DNA of 64,000 bases from contig JBHGNT010000015.1 in the NCBI GenBank assembly GCA_043228905.1, positions 4,340,001 to 4,404,000 of the forward strand. The letters run 5' to 3'. This DNA is from Azolla caroliniana. Taxonomy: Eukaryota > Plantae > Polypodiophyta. Shown here piece after piece: positions 9,065 to 20,857 of the stretch (its first letter is position 1; every line of letters begins with the position of its first letter). The position numbers and the translations under genes were made by a program. The notes under the pieces were generated by a model, which worked only from the letters and a program-made list of their open reading frames with translations, did not search any database and was not told the origin of the DNA.

Positions 9065-12000
9065 TGACGTACCCCGCGTCGCCAAATGCCATCACTTCCT
9101 TTGTGATATAAAATTCCTTCTACCAATCAGAAGTTTCGGCTTCGGACGGGTAATCGTTTCTTCTCGTCCGTGCGTAATTGTGGTGGAGGCAGTCCTGCAG
9201 TAAAAAAGTATGTCATTTCCATAAGCCACCGGTCCGGAAAGGTCGATTCCGTTCTTTCTACTAGTGCTGCTACCCATAGAATGTTGGCGTAAGGAAAGTC
9301 GTCGTCGTCCTTCTGTTCTGTTTCTCCATTATCGAGTCTGCTCAAAAAATCTGGCACTGCGTGTTGCGTGCCCGGGTGGTGCTTAATTACAAAATCGAAT
9401 TCTTGAAGCAGTAGCATTCATCGCGCCAATTTCCCTGTCAGGGCTTGTTTCTCCACCAAATACAGTAGTGTCGAATGATCCACATGGAACGTGAATTTCC
9501 TCCCCAATAAATAATGCCGGAATTTATTGATACTATAGATCATCCCTAGCGCCTCCCGCTCCATTGTGGAATAGTTACGCTTTGCTGTTGATAATTTGCG
9601 ACTAGCGTAGTAAACTGGCCGGTACCAATTTGGTTCGGTGAGCTGCATTAGTGCACTCCCTATTGCTATGTCTGAGGCGTCTACGAACACGTGGAATGGC
9701 TTCGCCCAAACTGGTGGTTGTGCAACGGGGGCCTGTGTGAGCATTATCTTAAGCGCCTCATAGGCCTTGTCCTCCGTTGCGGTCCATTGGAAGGGAGTCC
9801 GATGCACGACAACATGTAATGGCGTGGCGAAGTTCGCCAAGTATCGTATCATCCAACTATGCCATCGTATTTGACCTAAAAACCGGCTGAGTGATTTCGT
9901 GTTTGTCGGAGTTTTGGCTTGCGTAATCGCGAAGATCTTGTTTGGATCGACCGCTATTCCATCCTTGCTGACTATATGGCCTAGGAGAGTCCCGTTGGTC
10001 ACGCTGAAGGCACATTTCGCGGGATTCAGGCTTAAGTGTGCGGTGCGACAACGTTCCAGGCACAATTGCAGATGCGTAAAATGGTTGATTGTTTTCCCAT
10101 ATATCTCATGTCCTGCGACGACGTCTAGTACGCTATCGGTGAATGCTAAAGGGAATGCGTGTGTAATGGTTACGACGTTTAATTTTCGGTAATCCACGCA
10201 TACACGTATTTTGCCATTTTTCTTTGGAACGACTACTATCGGACTTAACCATGTGGCTTGTTTAACTGGCCGTAGGAATCCCACCTCTAGGAGTTTGTCA
10301 ATTGCTTCTTTTACGCGGGTCGTGTAGTTCGGGTTCATGTAGTAGCGGCGCTGCTGGACGGGTTTTGCGTCGGTTGCTAAATTGATCTTATGTTGATAGA
10401 ACTTCGGATCTAACCCCTTCATGTCCTCGTGAGCCCAAGCGAACACATCTTTATATTTCTTGAATAGTTCGATCATCGTGTCTCTTTGGTCCGGCCTTAA
10501 TTCCTTTGCGATGGAGAGAAAACGGGGTTTTGACTCCATACCCATGTTTACTTCTTCTAGGGCGGAGGCGGTGACTCGTCGTGAAATTTCCATTTCCCTC
10601 TCGAATGATGCCCGTGCTCTGCTTAGTTCCAATATGGACTCCGGGTCTGGTTCGTAAGCCTCATTGTGGAGAATAGTGGTCGTGGCATATTCTGCCGCAG
10701 TTACGATGACGTCGATTTCGAACAGCGGAAAGATCCGAGGGTGCTCGTCTAGGTATGCCTCTAATTCTGCATCCTCCACCCCAACCAACATATTTATATC
10801 TTCTGCGTATAATGGTGTTATACCCTTGGATTGTGTCGCGCTTCCCTCTGTAGGTACGCGAACCTTAGTGCGTCCATGTCGGAAATTGATACACTTGTGT
10901 TGCCAGCTCTGCTTGATATGTGCTGCCCGAAGCCATGGTCTGCCCAGCAGCACAGGGTATGCCCCTGGGGCGTCCAGGGCGAGGACTACCGCCGAGATGT
11001 CGAAGTGATGTCTGCCCACGATAATGGCTATCTTGTGTATCAACCCCAATGGTCGTACTGAGCGGGTATCTGCCATACGGAGCCAGAAATGGGCAAGCCT
11101 CCCATTCTGAAATGCCTAACTGCTCGCATGTTTTCGCGCTAATTACATTAACGCCCGAGCCGCCATCAATTACGCATCCTAGGATTTCCTGTCCATGTAA
11201 TATCAATGTAATAGCCGGGTTGTGGTGATCCACTACAGGCAGTCCTTCGCTAATGTCTGTAAGGTTCATAGCGACGCTCACCCCGGGTATGCCCGTCACC
11301 CGATCTTCCGTGGTCTGGCGGAAGTGTGAGACTAGCTGCAACAGCTTCTCCATGGTTAATGTTATCTCGCAACCCACTAACGCTTGCCAAATGGGGTTCG
11401 GGCCTGGTCCTTCGTCCTCCATTTGGTCCATCGTATTCGCAGACTCCTTCCGCATGTGATTTGTATTTGTCGCGTTTGCTTTTTCAACCCATGCTTGGGC
11501 TTGTCGTCGTATCTCATCTTGCGCGGCCCAATCAACCGTTTTTGTTTGTTGGCGTGTCGTGACTTGCTGCACTTCCGCCATAATCGTATTGATGGCAGGC
11601 CCCTTGCCCTTGCGTGCTGGGCATTGTGTGGCATAATGTCCGGGCTTCTGACAAACAAAATAATGGATGCTCGATTCTTCCTTCTCGGCTTCTGGTGGTG
11701 TGTGCCGATCCCCTGGTGCGACTTGCTCCTCACGGTCCGGCCTCGTTTGTTGGAACGTACGCGGTGGTTGTTGTTGGTCCCAGCATGGTTCTTGGTGTCG
11801 CTCATCGCCCGAGCTTTCGTCATATCGCCGGTGGTCTCGATATTGCCGCTGCTTCCCACGATAACCATTGAAGCCGCCACGTTTGTTTGTCGGCCGGTGA
11901 TTCTCATAGCGTCGCCCCCCTTTAGCATAACTCGGGGGACCACAGTAATTATCATCGTCTGGCTCGTCTTCCTCAGAATCTTTGTGATTCCGGCGATTCC

Positions 12001-13043
12001 GGTGGTGCCGGTCGTCACCTGGGTTGCGATCCACATACCGTGGTCGGTCTGCTTGCCTCCTTTGTTCAGTACAGCGTGGGGGACGCTATGTGTCCATGCT
12101 GCGTACTATGGGAGCGGCTCTGTTCAGCATATTGTATTCGCATTGTTCGACTATGTGAGCCTTCGAGTGGCAGATTGGGCAGTGGATTCGCATGTTGCAC
12201 TCCATTGTGGAATGCCCCGAGTTCAAGCAAATCGTGCACTGGATTGCTTGACGAAACTGTCGTTCCTCGTCTTGGGGTAACGCTTGTTGTAATGAGGACA
12301 TAGAAAACCTCTCCTCCTCCTCATCCAACTCGAGCTGTAACGCTCGTTCAATGACCATATCCGCCGTTTCCCCTTTCACGCTATTGTTGTTGAGCATTGT
12401 CCATATGGGTCGGCGTAATGCTGCCAGAAATGTCTCCTGAGCCTCGTCCTCTGTGGGGCTCCGTTCTAGTTTCCGCCGTAAATTTTGGAAACGTAAGCTG
12501 AAGTCTGCGATCGTCTTGGTCGGCAGTTGCTTAATTGTGTAGATTTGTCCGAGGATTTCGCGTTGTGGGACCCTCCGATGGAAGAACCGCAAAAAGGCGG
12601 ACTGCAGCTGATCGAAGGTCGTGATTGCTGGCAAATCCATCTATGAATGCCAAAATGTTGCTCGCCCATCCAATGTTAACCCGAACTCCGTCATTTTGGA
12701 CTGGTGCGCTACCGCCTCAGAAAGGCTTTGCACCATGTGGTTTGCATTCCAGACATTGAGGAACATGTGAATATGAGTTGTGGTGTCGGTTTTGCCGTTA
12801 AAGCGGGGATATGCAAAGGCCATGCTGAGGGCTACGATGGGTCAGGAAAGACCACAGTGTTGTTGTGGTGAGCGTGCTCCCCTCGTATCGTCGAGGTATT
12901 TGGAGAGCGGAAAATCACCTTTGTGATAATGCCAGGTAGTGTTGAGGTCGCTAAAGTGAGGCTTCTGCCACGCACGGTCCTCTACCTGGCGTGTGATGGA
13001 CCTTGTGATTGGCTGGTCTGGTCGTGTTGGTTCTTTGGGGCAT
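9065..13043 (-). pseudogene. gag-PR-RT-RNaseH of gypsy A (stops, a frameshift, RT core deleted)
   Basis: Retrotransposon gag (12086..12823), zinc knuckles, DGGS protease, RVCVDYRKLN, VDASD, YYASRKL and VDH; no YxDD. Confidence 0.9.
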
Positions 13044-13111
13044 CTGCGGCTAAACATCCATTCGTTGTTGTTCGTCCGTGAGAAGACACAGATTACCAAG
13101 CATGCCAAAAG

Positions 13112-13354
13112 TGTTACCGATTAGGAACACGGTCTACGGTTAGTTCTTCGACCTAGACCTCCAAGTGACCGTGAGACAACGAACGGTGGTGTGTGTGCGT
13201 AATACGTAGGGGAATGTTCCCCGTAACCTAGCAGCGTATAAGGGAGACGGCTACAACCGAACTCCTTAATAGTGAACTGTTACATGCGTTACAATCTTAT
13301 ACTATTCCCTATTCATGCGCTCTTGTCCGTCGGTTACTATTCCGGCGGACAACA
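13112..13354 (-). repeat. 5' LTR of gypsy A (243 bp)
   Basis: TGTT...AACA termini, flanked by the PBS-like site (13094-13107) and by host copia sequence; partner LTR is not in the window. Confidence 0.75.
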
Positions 13355-14201
13355 CCGCATCAACCGACATGTCCGAATCGGTGAAGCCTTCCAATAGGGG
13401 TTTACCGGAGCCGAACAAGAGGCACATGCTTGAGGTGCCTTTCAGGTACCAGAGTATCCACTTGACAGCGGCCCAATGTTCTCTTCCCAGACTGGTCATG
13501 AACTGGTTGACCACTGCGGTTGTATATCTGATATCCGGTCATATACACACCATTGCGTACATGAGGCTTCCAACTGCAGAGGCATACGATATCTTCATCA
13601 TCTTCGACTTTGTTGTTCAGTCGACAATAGACACCTGTGACCGACAACTAGTAGTGTTGAACGTTCTATATCCGAAAGTTCTATCAAGGAACTGTGGAGT
13701 ACGAATGGAATATTGATTTATTCCTATGTAGACTGACGATACTGTATACTTGTATCATGATCAACTAATTGGTATAAAACAGTTATGATTAGTATATAAA
13801 TGTGCAGAATATGGAATGGAAATAATACTGTGAACATAAGCACACATGTATTTCCTACTAACTAATAACTATATTAACTTCCAAAATAGACGACATTGTT
13901 AAAATGATTTCAGTTCCTTTTTATAGCTAACCCGAGGGATTGACTCATCAAGAATTACAACTTGCCTTGTCGGCAAGAACTATTCAAAACTTCTAACTAA
14001 CTCTAATATTCGTAATTACTTTTTATTTAGTTGGCAAAATTGCTGACTCATCGATCTGCCTAGTTGATCTGACTCTGACTTTGTCTTTTGCAACCATTGT
14101 CGACTACGACGCTTCATACTTTTCCAATGCCTACCCTGATCGGCTAACTCTTGGCATGCCCGTAGGCCAAGGCCTTGCTCGATCGAACCCACGGTTATGA
14201 T

Positions 14202-16759
14202 CTATTCTTGATGGTCAGGGTTGGGGTCATCGTCCATATCATCCTCGCCGTCATCTTGTAGAATGTCGAATAATGATAGTTCTACTTCGTCGCCGTGTTC
14301 GGTGTTAGTGCTGTTGTTGGCGGTTTCCTCATCAACGTTGTGGGGTTGTGGTGGTGGTTGCAATGAGGTTGGGGCTCCGAGCTCCGATGTTTGCTTTTGT
14401 CTGGTTTGTTCATAATCGTCTAACTGGACAGAGGTGTCGATTTCATGCTTATCAAATTCTTGGATTAGCCGAGTTATCTCTTCCTGATGACTAGCAACCC
14501 TGTCATACAAGTCTCGAGCAATATCTTCCTGTACTATAGATATTGCCTCTAGCATTTTAAAGAATCTTTGCCCCTAGGTTTTCCAGTTATCCCTGTCGGC
14601 ACACAATATTTGTAATTCTATTGCTTGTGACAACCATGTCTTCCATCCAGTGTCTAGTGAGTCGGATACCAGTTTTAAAGTGTTGAGTTTGTGGCGTTTT
14701 AGTATTGCTCTGATTTTTTCTTCGCCCATACTCGTGTTGTTTTGTGTTGCGGCCAGTTGCTTGTGTAAGTCTGTTATTTGTGCATTGGTCACCCCTTCTA
14801 CTTGCATGAGTTTTGCTTCGGCTACCAATAGATCTAGTCTTTTCTTTTCGTACCTAGCCTCTAACTCGATGCAACGTTTTTGCAAATTAGTATTTGCCGA
14901 TTCCAATTGTTGTTTTTCTTCCTTATGCACCTCTTGTGTTGTGGTTGTTTGAAGTTTGGCTTATGCCATTTGGTTCGCAAAATAGTCTTCTTGAATGTGA
15001 ACATACTCTTCTAACTCCAATATTTGTTCCGCCTGTTGTTGGTTTTCCTCATGCTCCTGCGCCAATTGTCGTTGAACTCATTGTATCACATTATCTTTTG
15101 CATCCAACCACTTGCCGATATCAGTCCTAGCTAAGATTATACGGTCTTCCAGTTTCTTGGCTCTGGTTTCCACTTGTTCGGCTCTGGTTGTTGCAGCGCT
15201 GATTATCTTTTTGGCTTCTTGTAACTTATGATGTAATTCCTGATCAGACTCGGAAAGTCTATCAAGTAACTGGCGTGCCTGCAGTTGATCCTCGGCTTCT
15301 TTCAATTTTTCTTCTGTTTGTCGGAGCTTATCCGAAAATTCCTCTTTTTCAGCTTGCGTTTTTGTACATTACTCGGATAATTGATCTGTCGCTGCCATTT
15401 CTTTTTTATAGGATTCAGCCATATCTCGAGCTGCTTTGCTTGCTCTCTCATATTCCCTATGCACTTCGATGAGTGCTTTATATAAGAGAGTCATTTGAAT
15501 GGCCTCTCCCCTGTTTTTGGCATTCTGTTGTCAGTCGATTCTGTCAATTTCCTGTTAACTTCCGTCTCGACAATGCCAATTAAGGACGTTTGGATCATGA
15601 TATGATCTGTATGCTCTTATGCCAATCGTTTCAATACTTCCTACAGTGTGTGTGCTAGCCATTCCACCAATTCATAGGAAGTTCCGAATTGTAGAATGAC
15701 TATTAGTTCATGTGCTGCGAAAGGAAGTTCGGGAAGGCCTAGTGCTTCTCGAGCAGTTATGACCGATGATTTTCCTTTTTCGATTTGACTTGTATCATCT
15801 GGGTTGGCACGGGTTTCATTTCTTGTTTGTTGAGGCCGCTCGTTAGATATCTGATGTTTTCTTGTCGGTGCCTCCCTGTGGGAATCGTTGTGCCTTTTGC
15901 TTCATCTGACGCATCCTTTGAGTTGTATCTCCCACTGTCTGTGTCAGGACTTGATCTTGTGGTGTGTCAACATCGACTGTTCTAGTCCCGAGGTCGTGGT
16001 TGGTTGTTGTTCTGGTGGGGTCGATGTTGGGTTCAGTGTTACTGGGGTCGTTGTCAGCCTTGGAGCTGATGGTGTCCCTTCAAGGGGTGTGGTTGTTGAT
16101 TCCTGTTGTCGGACTGGTTCCAACTGGTATTCCTTGACCAATGTCGACTCTGGTTCGTGCCATTCCCCTCGTGGCACTGGTTTCTGGGCCTGTAATATCG
16201 GTTTTCTTTGTGTTGGCGTCTATGTGTTTTGCCGATCCTCCGAACTTGGTATCAAACAGAGTACGGCGAGCCATCGGGCAAAAATCGGCTTCATAGGTTT
16301 GCCATTTTGAACCCCATTGAGTTGTTCTCGGAGTGCCTCCACTATTAAGAGGCCCCAGTCGAGCACTTCCTCTTCATATGTGGATATTATAAATCCGGCC
16401 CTCTTCTTAGGCATACAATAAAAGCGAGGACTTAAAAAAGAGACCTCCAGGAGAAATTTTACTACTTCGTGAAAGAACTCATCCTCCCCACCTTGTGTCT
16501 GATATGCCTTCGCCGATGGTGAGTACGCCCCAAAATACGACCTCAAAACATCTAGGTAAAGTTTTTGCATAACATTGAATCCTTCCCTTTTCAAATTTAA
16601 TAATCGACGTACCTGTTTATTCGTGATTCTGGTTATGTCGATTTGTTGTATGATTTGAGCGGCGCGTGGATGCGGTTCTGAATTTGCAATCTTGAGGTAG
16701 CCTGGCAATCCTTTGTTGTGTAGCTACTGTTGAAGTTCCTTAGAGACTAAGGTCGGCAT
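14202..16759 (-). pseudogene. ORF3 of gypsy B (about 850 codons, broken; coiled coil and acidic tail)
   Basis: ORF pieces 16220..16708, 15944..16177, 15078..15305, 14574..14930 and 14202..14555; homologous to ORF3 of A. Confidence 0.8.
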
Positions 16760-17189
16760 GTTATCATCCTGTGATAAGTCGGAAGCCTAAAGTGATGGCG
16801 ATGAAGGTTTCTGTGTGTAGGGAAAGAGAGGAGGAAATCTATTCGCTCTAAGGTTTTTCTATTTCTATTGTGACAGAGAACATGAAAGGGTAGGTTTTAG
16901 AGAGATTAGGCATTTCATATTTTTAGGAAAAATAGAATATACTATTTATGATAGTATGTTATTAATGCTAGTGCTAGTACAAGAATAGTAATAATAACCC
17001 CACCACTCATGATGAATGTTGCATGATTTTGGAACTTGTTAATATATAGTCTGAAAAGGACCACTCCAAGAAGTCATCATGCTTTGACAAATAGTTCTGT
17101 TATATATATATATATATATTAAATATTTGTATATACTATTTAAATTTGTGGCCTATGCCAGATCACGGTGTGTCGGATTTGTCTTTGAC

Positions 17190-19237
17190 CTAAAAAGGAT
17201 TTTTTGGCATTGATCCCTGATAAGGTTTCAATCGAAAACCATTCACCCATTTTGGCAGGATTTCTCTTGACACTGTGCTGACTTGATAAGTTCCATTTTT
17301 ACTGCCGACTATCCAAAATGGTCTTGTCCACCGAAATCGTAGTTTTCCAGGCATTAAACCCATTCTAGTTTGAAAAACCTGAACCGGTTTTCCAACTGCA
17401 AACAATTTTTCCTTTTGTCGTCGATGTCGCTCAACAAATGCGTTTGTTTGCCTTTGTTTTTGCTCTAGTGCATTCATAGCTTGTATTTTGCTTTCCTCTA
17501 AAAGAAGTAGTTGTTGTTTCCAAACTTGTTCTGACTGTTCTTTGTCTAATTTTTCTATAACTTGTACTCGGAGTGTCGAAACCTAGAATTCTACCGGCAT
17601 TACTACTTCCAATCTGAATGTCATTCTAAATGGAGTCAATTTAATGGACATTTTGTATGAAGTCACTATTTAATTTCTGGTCCCAATCTGTCCTATTTTC
17701 ATTAACTATTTTCTTTAAAATCATTTGTAGTGTCTTGTTTGTGGATTTTGCCAATCCATTAGGTTTAGGATAGTACGGAGTACTGTTCTTATGTACCACT
17801 GCATAATATGTAGATAATTCATGTACACTTTTATTAATGAAAAGGGTACCCTGATCACTCACTAACTTGATAGGACATCTGAATCGGCACCATATATTTT
17901 TGTAAAGGAATTTTGTTGTCAATGTTGCCGTGTTATCCTGTAAAGGTTTGGCCTCGACCCATTTCGTACAGTAGTCCGTAGCTACTATGATATATCGATT
18001 TCCGGTCCTCAGAGCTGTTGGCTTAAAGGGTCTAGCAAAATCCAATTCCCATTTTTGAAGTAGTTCTAAGGGTAAGACAGGTTGAAAAGGCATCCTCTCC
18101 TTTTTAGTTGGTTGTCTGATTCTTTGGCATAAATCACATTGTCGACAATATTCGACCGCATCTTTTGTTGTTGTCAGCCACCATAAATCACTGCTCCATT
18201 TTTTTCCTGGCCGTAGCGCATAATGTCTTGAGGCAATTCCACAGTGGGTTTCTCGTAAAATTCCTTCCTTTTCGAATTTACGAACCGCCTGTCGCCAAAT
18301 CCCATCAGCTCCCTTGTGATATAATGTGTCGTTTAAGGGACAAAAATTCCGACTACGGACTGCTAACCGCTTTCTTTCATCTAGTGACATATGCTCGGGT
18401 GGTAAACCCGTTGTGAGAAAAATTGTCAATTCGGTGATCCACGCATCCGGTGTGTTGCCATTCATTTTTTCGACCGGTATTGTGTCAACTCAAAAAAGTT
18501 GACCGTCGAGAAAATCATCTTTTACTCTTGTTCCTTCTTCTCCCAATTCTAAGCAACTAAGGTAATCTGCAACAACATGTTGGACCCCTAGTCGATGAAG
18601 AATATCGAATTCGAATTCCTGAAGAAGTAACGTCCATCTTGCTAATTTCCCTATGAGTTCTTGTTTTGAAACTAAATACAATAGGGTGGAATGATCAACA
18701 TGAAATGTAAATTTTCTCCCTAGTAGGTAGTGACGAAATTTATGAATACTATAGAAGTAACGTTCATCTTGCTAATTTCCCTATGAGTTCTTGTTTTGAA
18801 ATTAAATATAACAAGGTGGAATGATCAACATGAAATGTAAGTTTTCTCCCAAGTAGGTAATGGCAAAATTTATTAATACTATAAATCATTCCCAGAGCCT
18901 CTCTTTTGGTTGTGAAAAGTTTTCAACTCGCGTAATAGACTGGTCTGTACCAGTTCGGCTCCGACAGCTGCATTAACGAACTACCGATCGTTATATCTGA
19001 TGCATCTATGAACACATGAAAAGGCTTGGCCTAGTTGGGAGGTTGCACGACGGGTACTTTATTGAGCATTTTCTTTAGACAGTTGTATGCATCTTGCTCC
19101 ATAGTTGTCATTGGAAAGACATTTTATGTACTGCTGTATGTAAGGGAATTGCTACATCGGCTAGATATCAAATCATCCGACTATGCCATCGAATTTGTTC
19201 GAAGAATCTAATGAGGCCTTTTGCATTTGTTGGCACA
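17190..19237 (-). pseudogene. RT C-terminus, RNaseH and integrase remnant of gypsy B, with a tandem duplication of about 130 bp at 18624-18882
   Basis: GKLARWTLLLQEF, TDYCTKWVEAK, GKLRFRWT. Confidence 0.9.
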
Positions 19238-19657
19238 GGTATTTCCTACTACTAATAACTATATTAACTTCCAAAATAGACAACATTATTACAATGATTT
19301 CGGTTCCTTTTTATAGGTAAACTGAGGGATTGACTCATCAAGAATTACAACTTGCCTTGTTGGCAAGAACTATTCAAAACTTCTAACTAACTCTAATATT
19401 TGTAATTACTTTTTATTTATTCATCTAAATTGTTGACTCATCGATCCGCCTAGTTGATCCGACTCCGACTTTGTCTTTTCCGACCATTGTCGACTCCGAC
19501 ACTTCATACTTGTCTGATGCCTACCCTAATCGGCTAACAGACTTTTGAGTCTTTGACTTCAGGTTTTGTTTCCCGGACAACTTGCAGTTTGTCAGAAGTG
19601 TTGACCTGACCGGCTTAACATCCAACATGCTAAATCGTTGGAGTACCTTTGTCACAT

Positions 19658-20785
19658 TGTCGTGAAGATTTTTAGCAATAGTGTGAAACTTGTAAGAAAC
19701 ATACGAAATCGAGTGTGGTTCTTCTCACGAAATATAAAACAATAATAGTAAAGATACTATTTTAAATAAGTTTAATATCTTGGAACAAAAAGATGGAGGT
19801 CTTGAAGAGCTTCTGAATGTACTTTACTACGTAGGAAACGGACATCTAAGTGTCAAGTTATGTGGGTATGAAGCTTGCAAAGAAGAAGAGAAAAATATGT
19901 CACATCCCACATAGACAAGACAAATAAGGAACCCACCATATATAAGGCAAAGCAAAATCTATTACCTTTGTGTCTATGTGTGGAGCGTAGAAAGGTTAAG
20001 TTGTATGACTTAATGAATGGATGTAGCCAAATGCATATAACTATGTATTTTGGATTATTCCGGCGACGGCATCCGATGACGGTGTCCGACGGTATCTGAC
20101 AACAGCGACCGATAGGGTCCGACGACGGCGACCGACGGGATCCGGCATTCGACATCACCTGACAACTGCGACCGACGGAGCTGATGAGACGACGACCAGA
20201 CGGAGAAAGGCCTTGTAAAAATACATTAATAAATATATATATATATATATGTTGTGTATATTCAAAAGGAGTGCAAGTGAAGACTTGATCCTTGTACCTC
20301 CACATTGAGAGTCTATAGACTTACCACTAGGCGATGTCATTTCTTTAAAAATGTTTTCCTTATCATTATAGTTTTACATGTAAATTCTCATATTAGAGCT
20401 TACTTGAGTGAGATGTGATGCATGAGCGCCAAATGGCAAACATGCATCACATGCATTCCATGCATTGTATGCATGACTTGTACCCTCACATGCATCATAG
20501 GGGTGTGTGGTATTCAAGAATTTAAGAAGAAGCAAAATTCGTTCTCCAATTGATGGTGTATCTTGTTTCCTAAATCTAAAGTCAAGGGTCCAAACTTAAT
20601 CTCTCTCTATCTCTCTCACGCCATATCGATCTCTCTCGACCCAAAGTTGAGCGTTAAAATCTTTCTCTCTTTTAATCTATCTTAAAGCCTTTCTCGCTAA
20701 AGCTAGCGCCAACTTCGAGTCCTTCGGTCCAGAACCCCGGCGGTTCCACCTCATGATCCGCGCGTAGTGACGGATCTTCACGACA
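19658..20785 (+). repeat. 5' LTR of C (1128 bp)
   Basis: Short terminal inverted repeats, followed by the PBS; halves recur at 26524-27101 (direct) and 27111-27861 (inverted). Confidence 0.92.
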
Positions 20786-20857
20786 TAATCAAGTGGTGAA
20801 CCCGACGTGAAAGAGGCGGTAGGAAGGATCAAATCGAGGATCAACCGATACTTGGAG

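Larger units (their letters stand above)
1..13354 (-). mobile_element. Ty3/gypsy element A (non-chromovirus, Athila/Tat-like), decayed; 3' end lies outside the window; inserted in copia H1; interrupted by Copia-1
   Basis: 5' LTR 13112-13354 (TGTTGTCC...GGTAACA on minus), PBS-like TGGCATGCTTGGTA, then gag, PR (VIDGGSGVN), RT/RNaseH, integrase (WGLDFVGPF, TDYCTKWVEA, GKLRFRWTGPY) and an extra 3' ORF. H1 copia sequence resumes at 13355. Confidence 0.9.
13611..19539 (-). mobile_element. Ty3/gypsy element B (relative of A), internally deleted; coding on minus
   Basis: TSD GACTT (13606-13610 / 19540-19544). LTR 13611-14149 and truncated LTR about 19238-19539. Decayed RNaseH and IN at 17190-19237, plus ORF3. 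Confidence 0.9.

Noticed and set aside
11077-11100. Programmed frameshift in gypsy A
   Set aside because: It falls inside the protease domain (CPF|WLRMAD) and is best explained as a single-base insertion.
11384-12280. 298-aa plus-strand ORF
   Set aside because: Antisense to the gag of A; hydrophobic shadow translation with no counterpart elsewhere.
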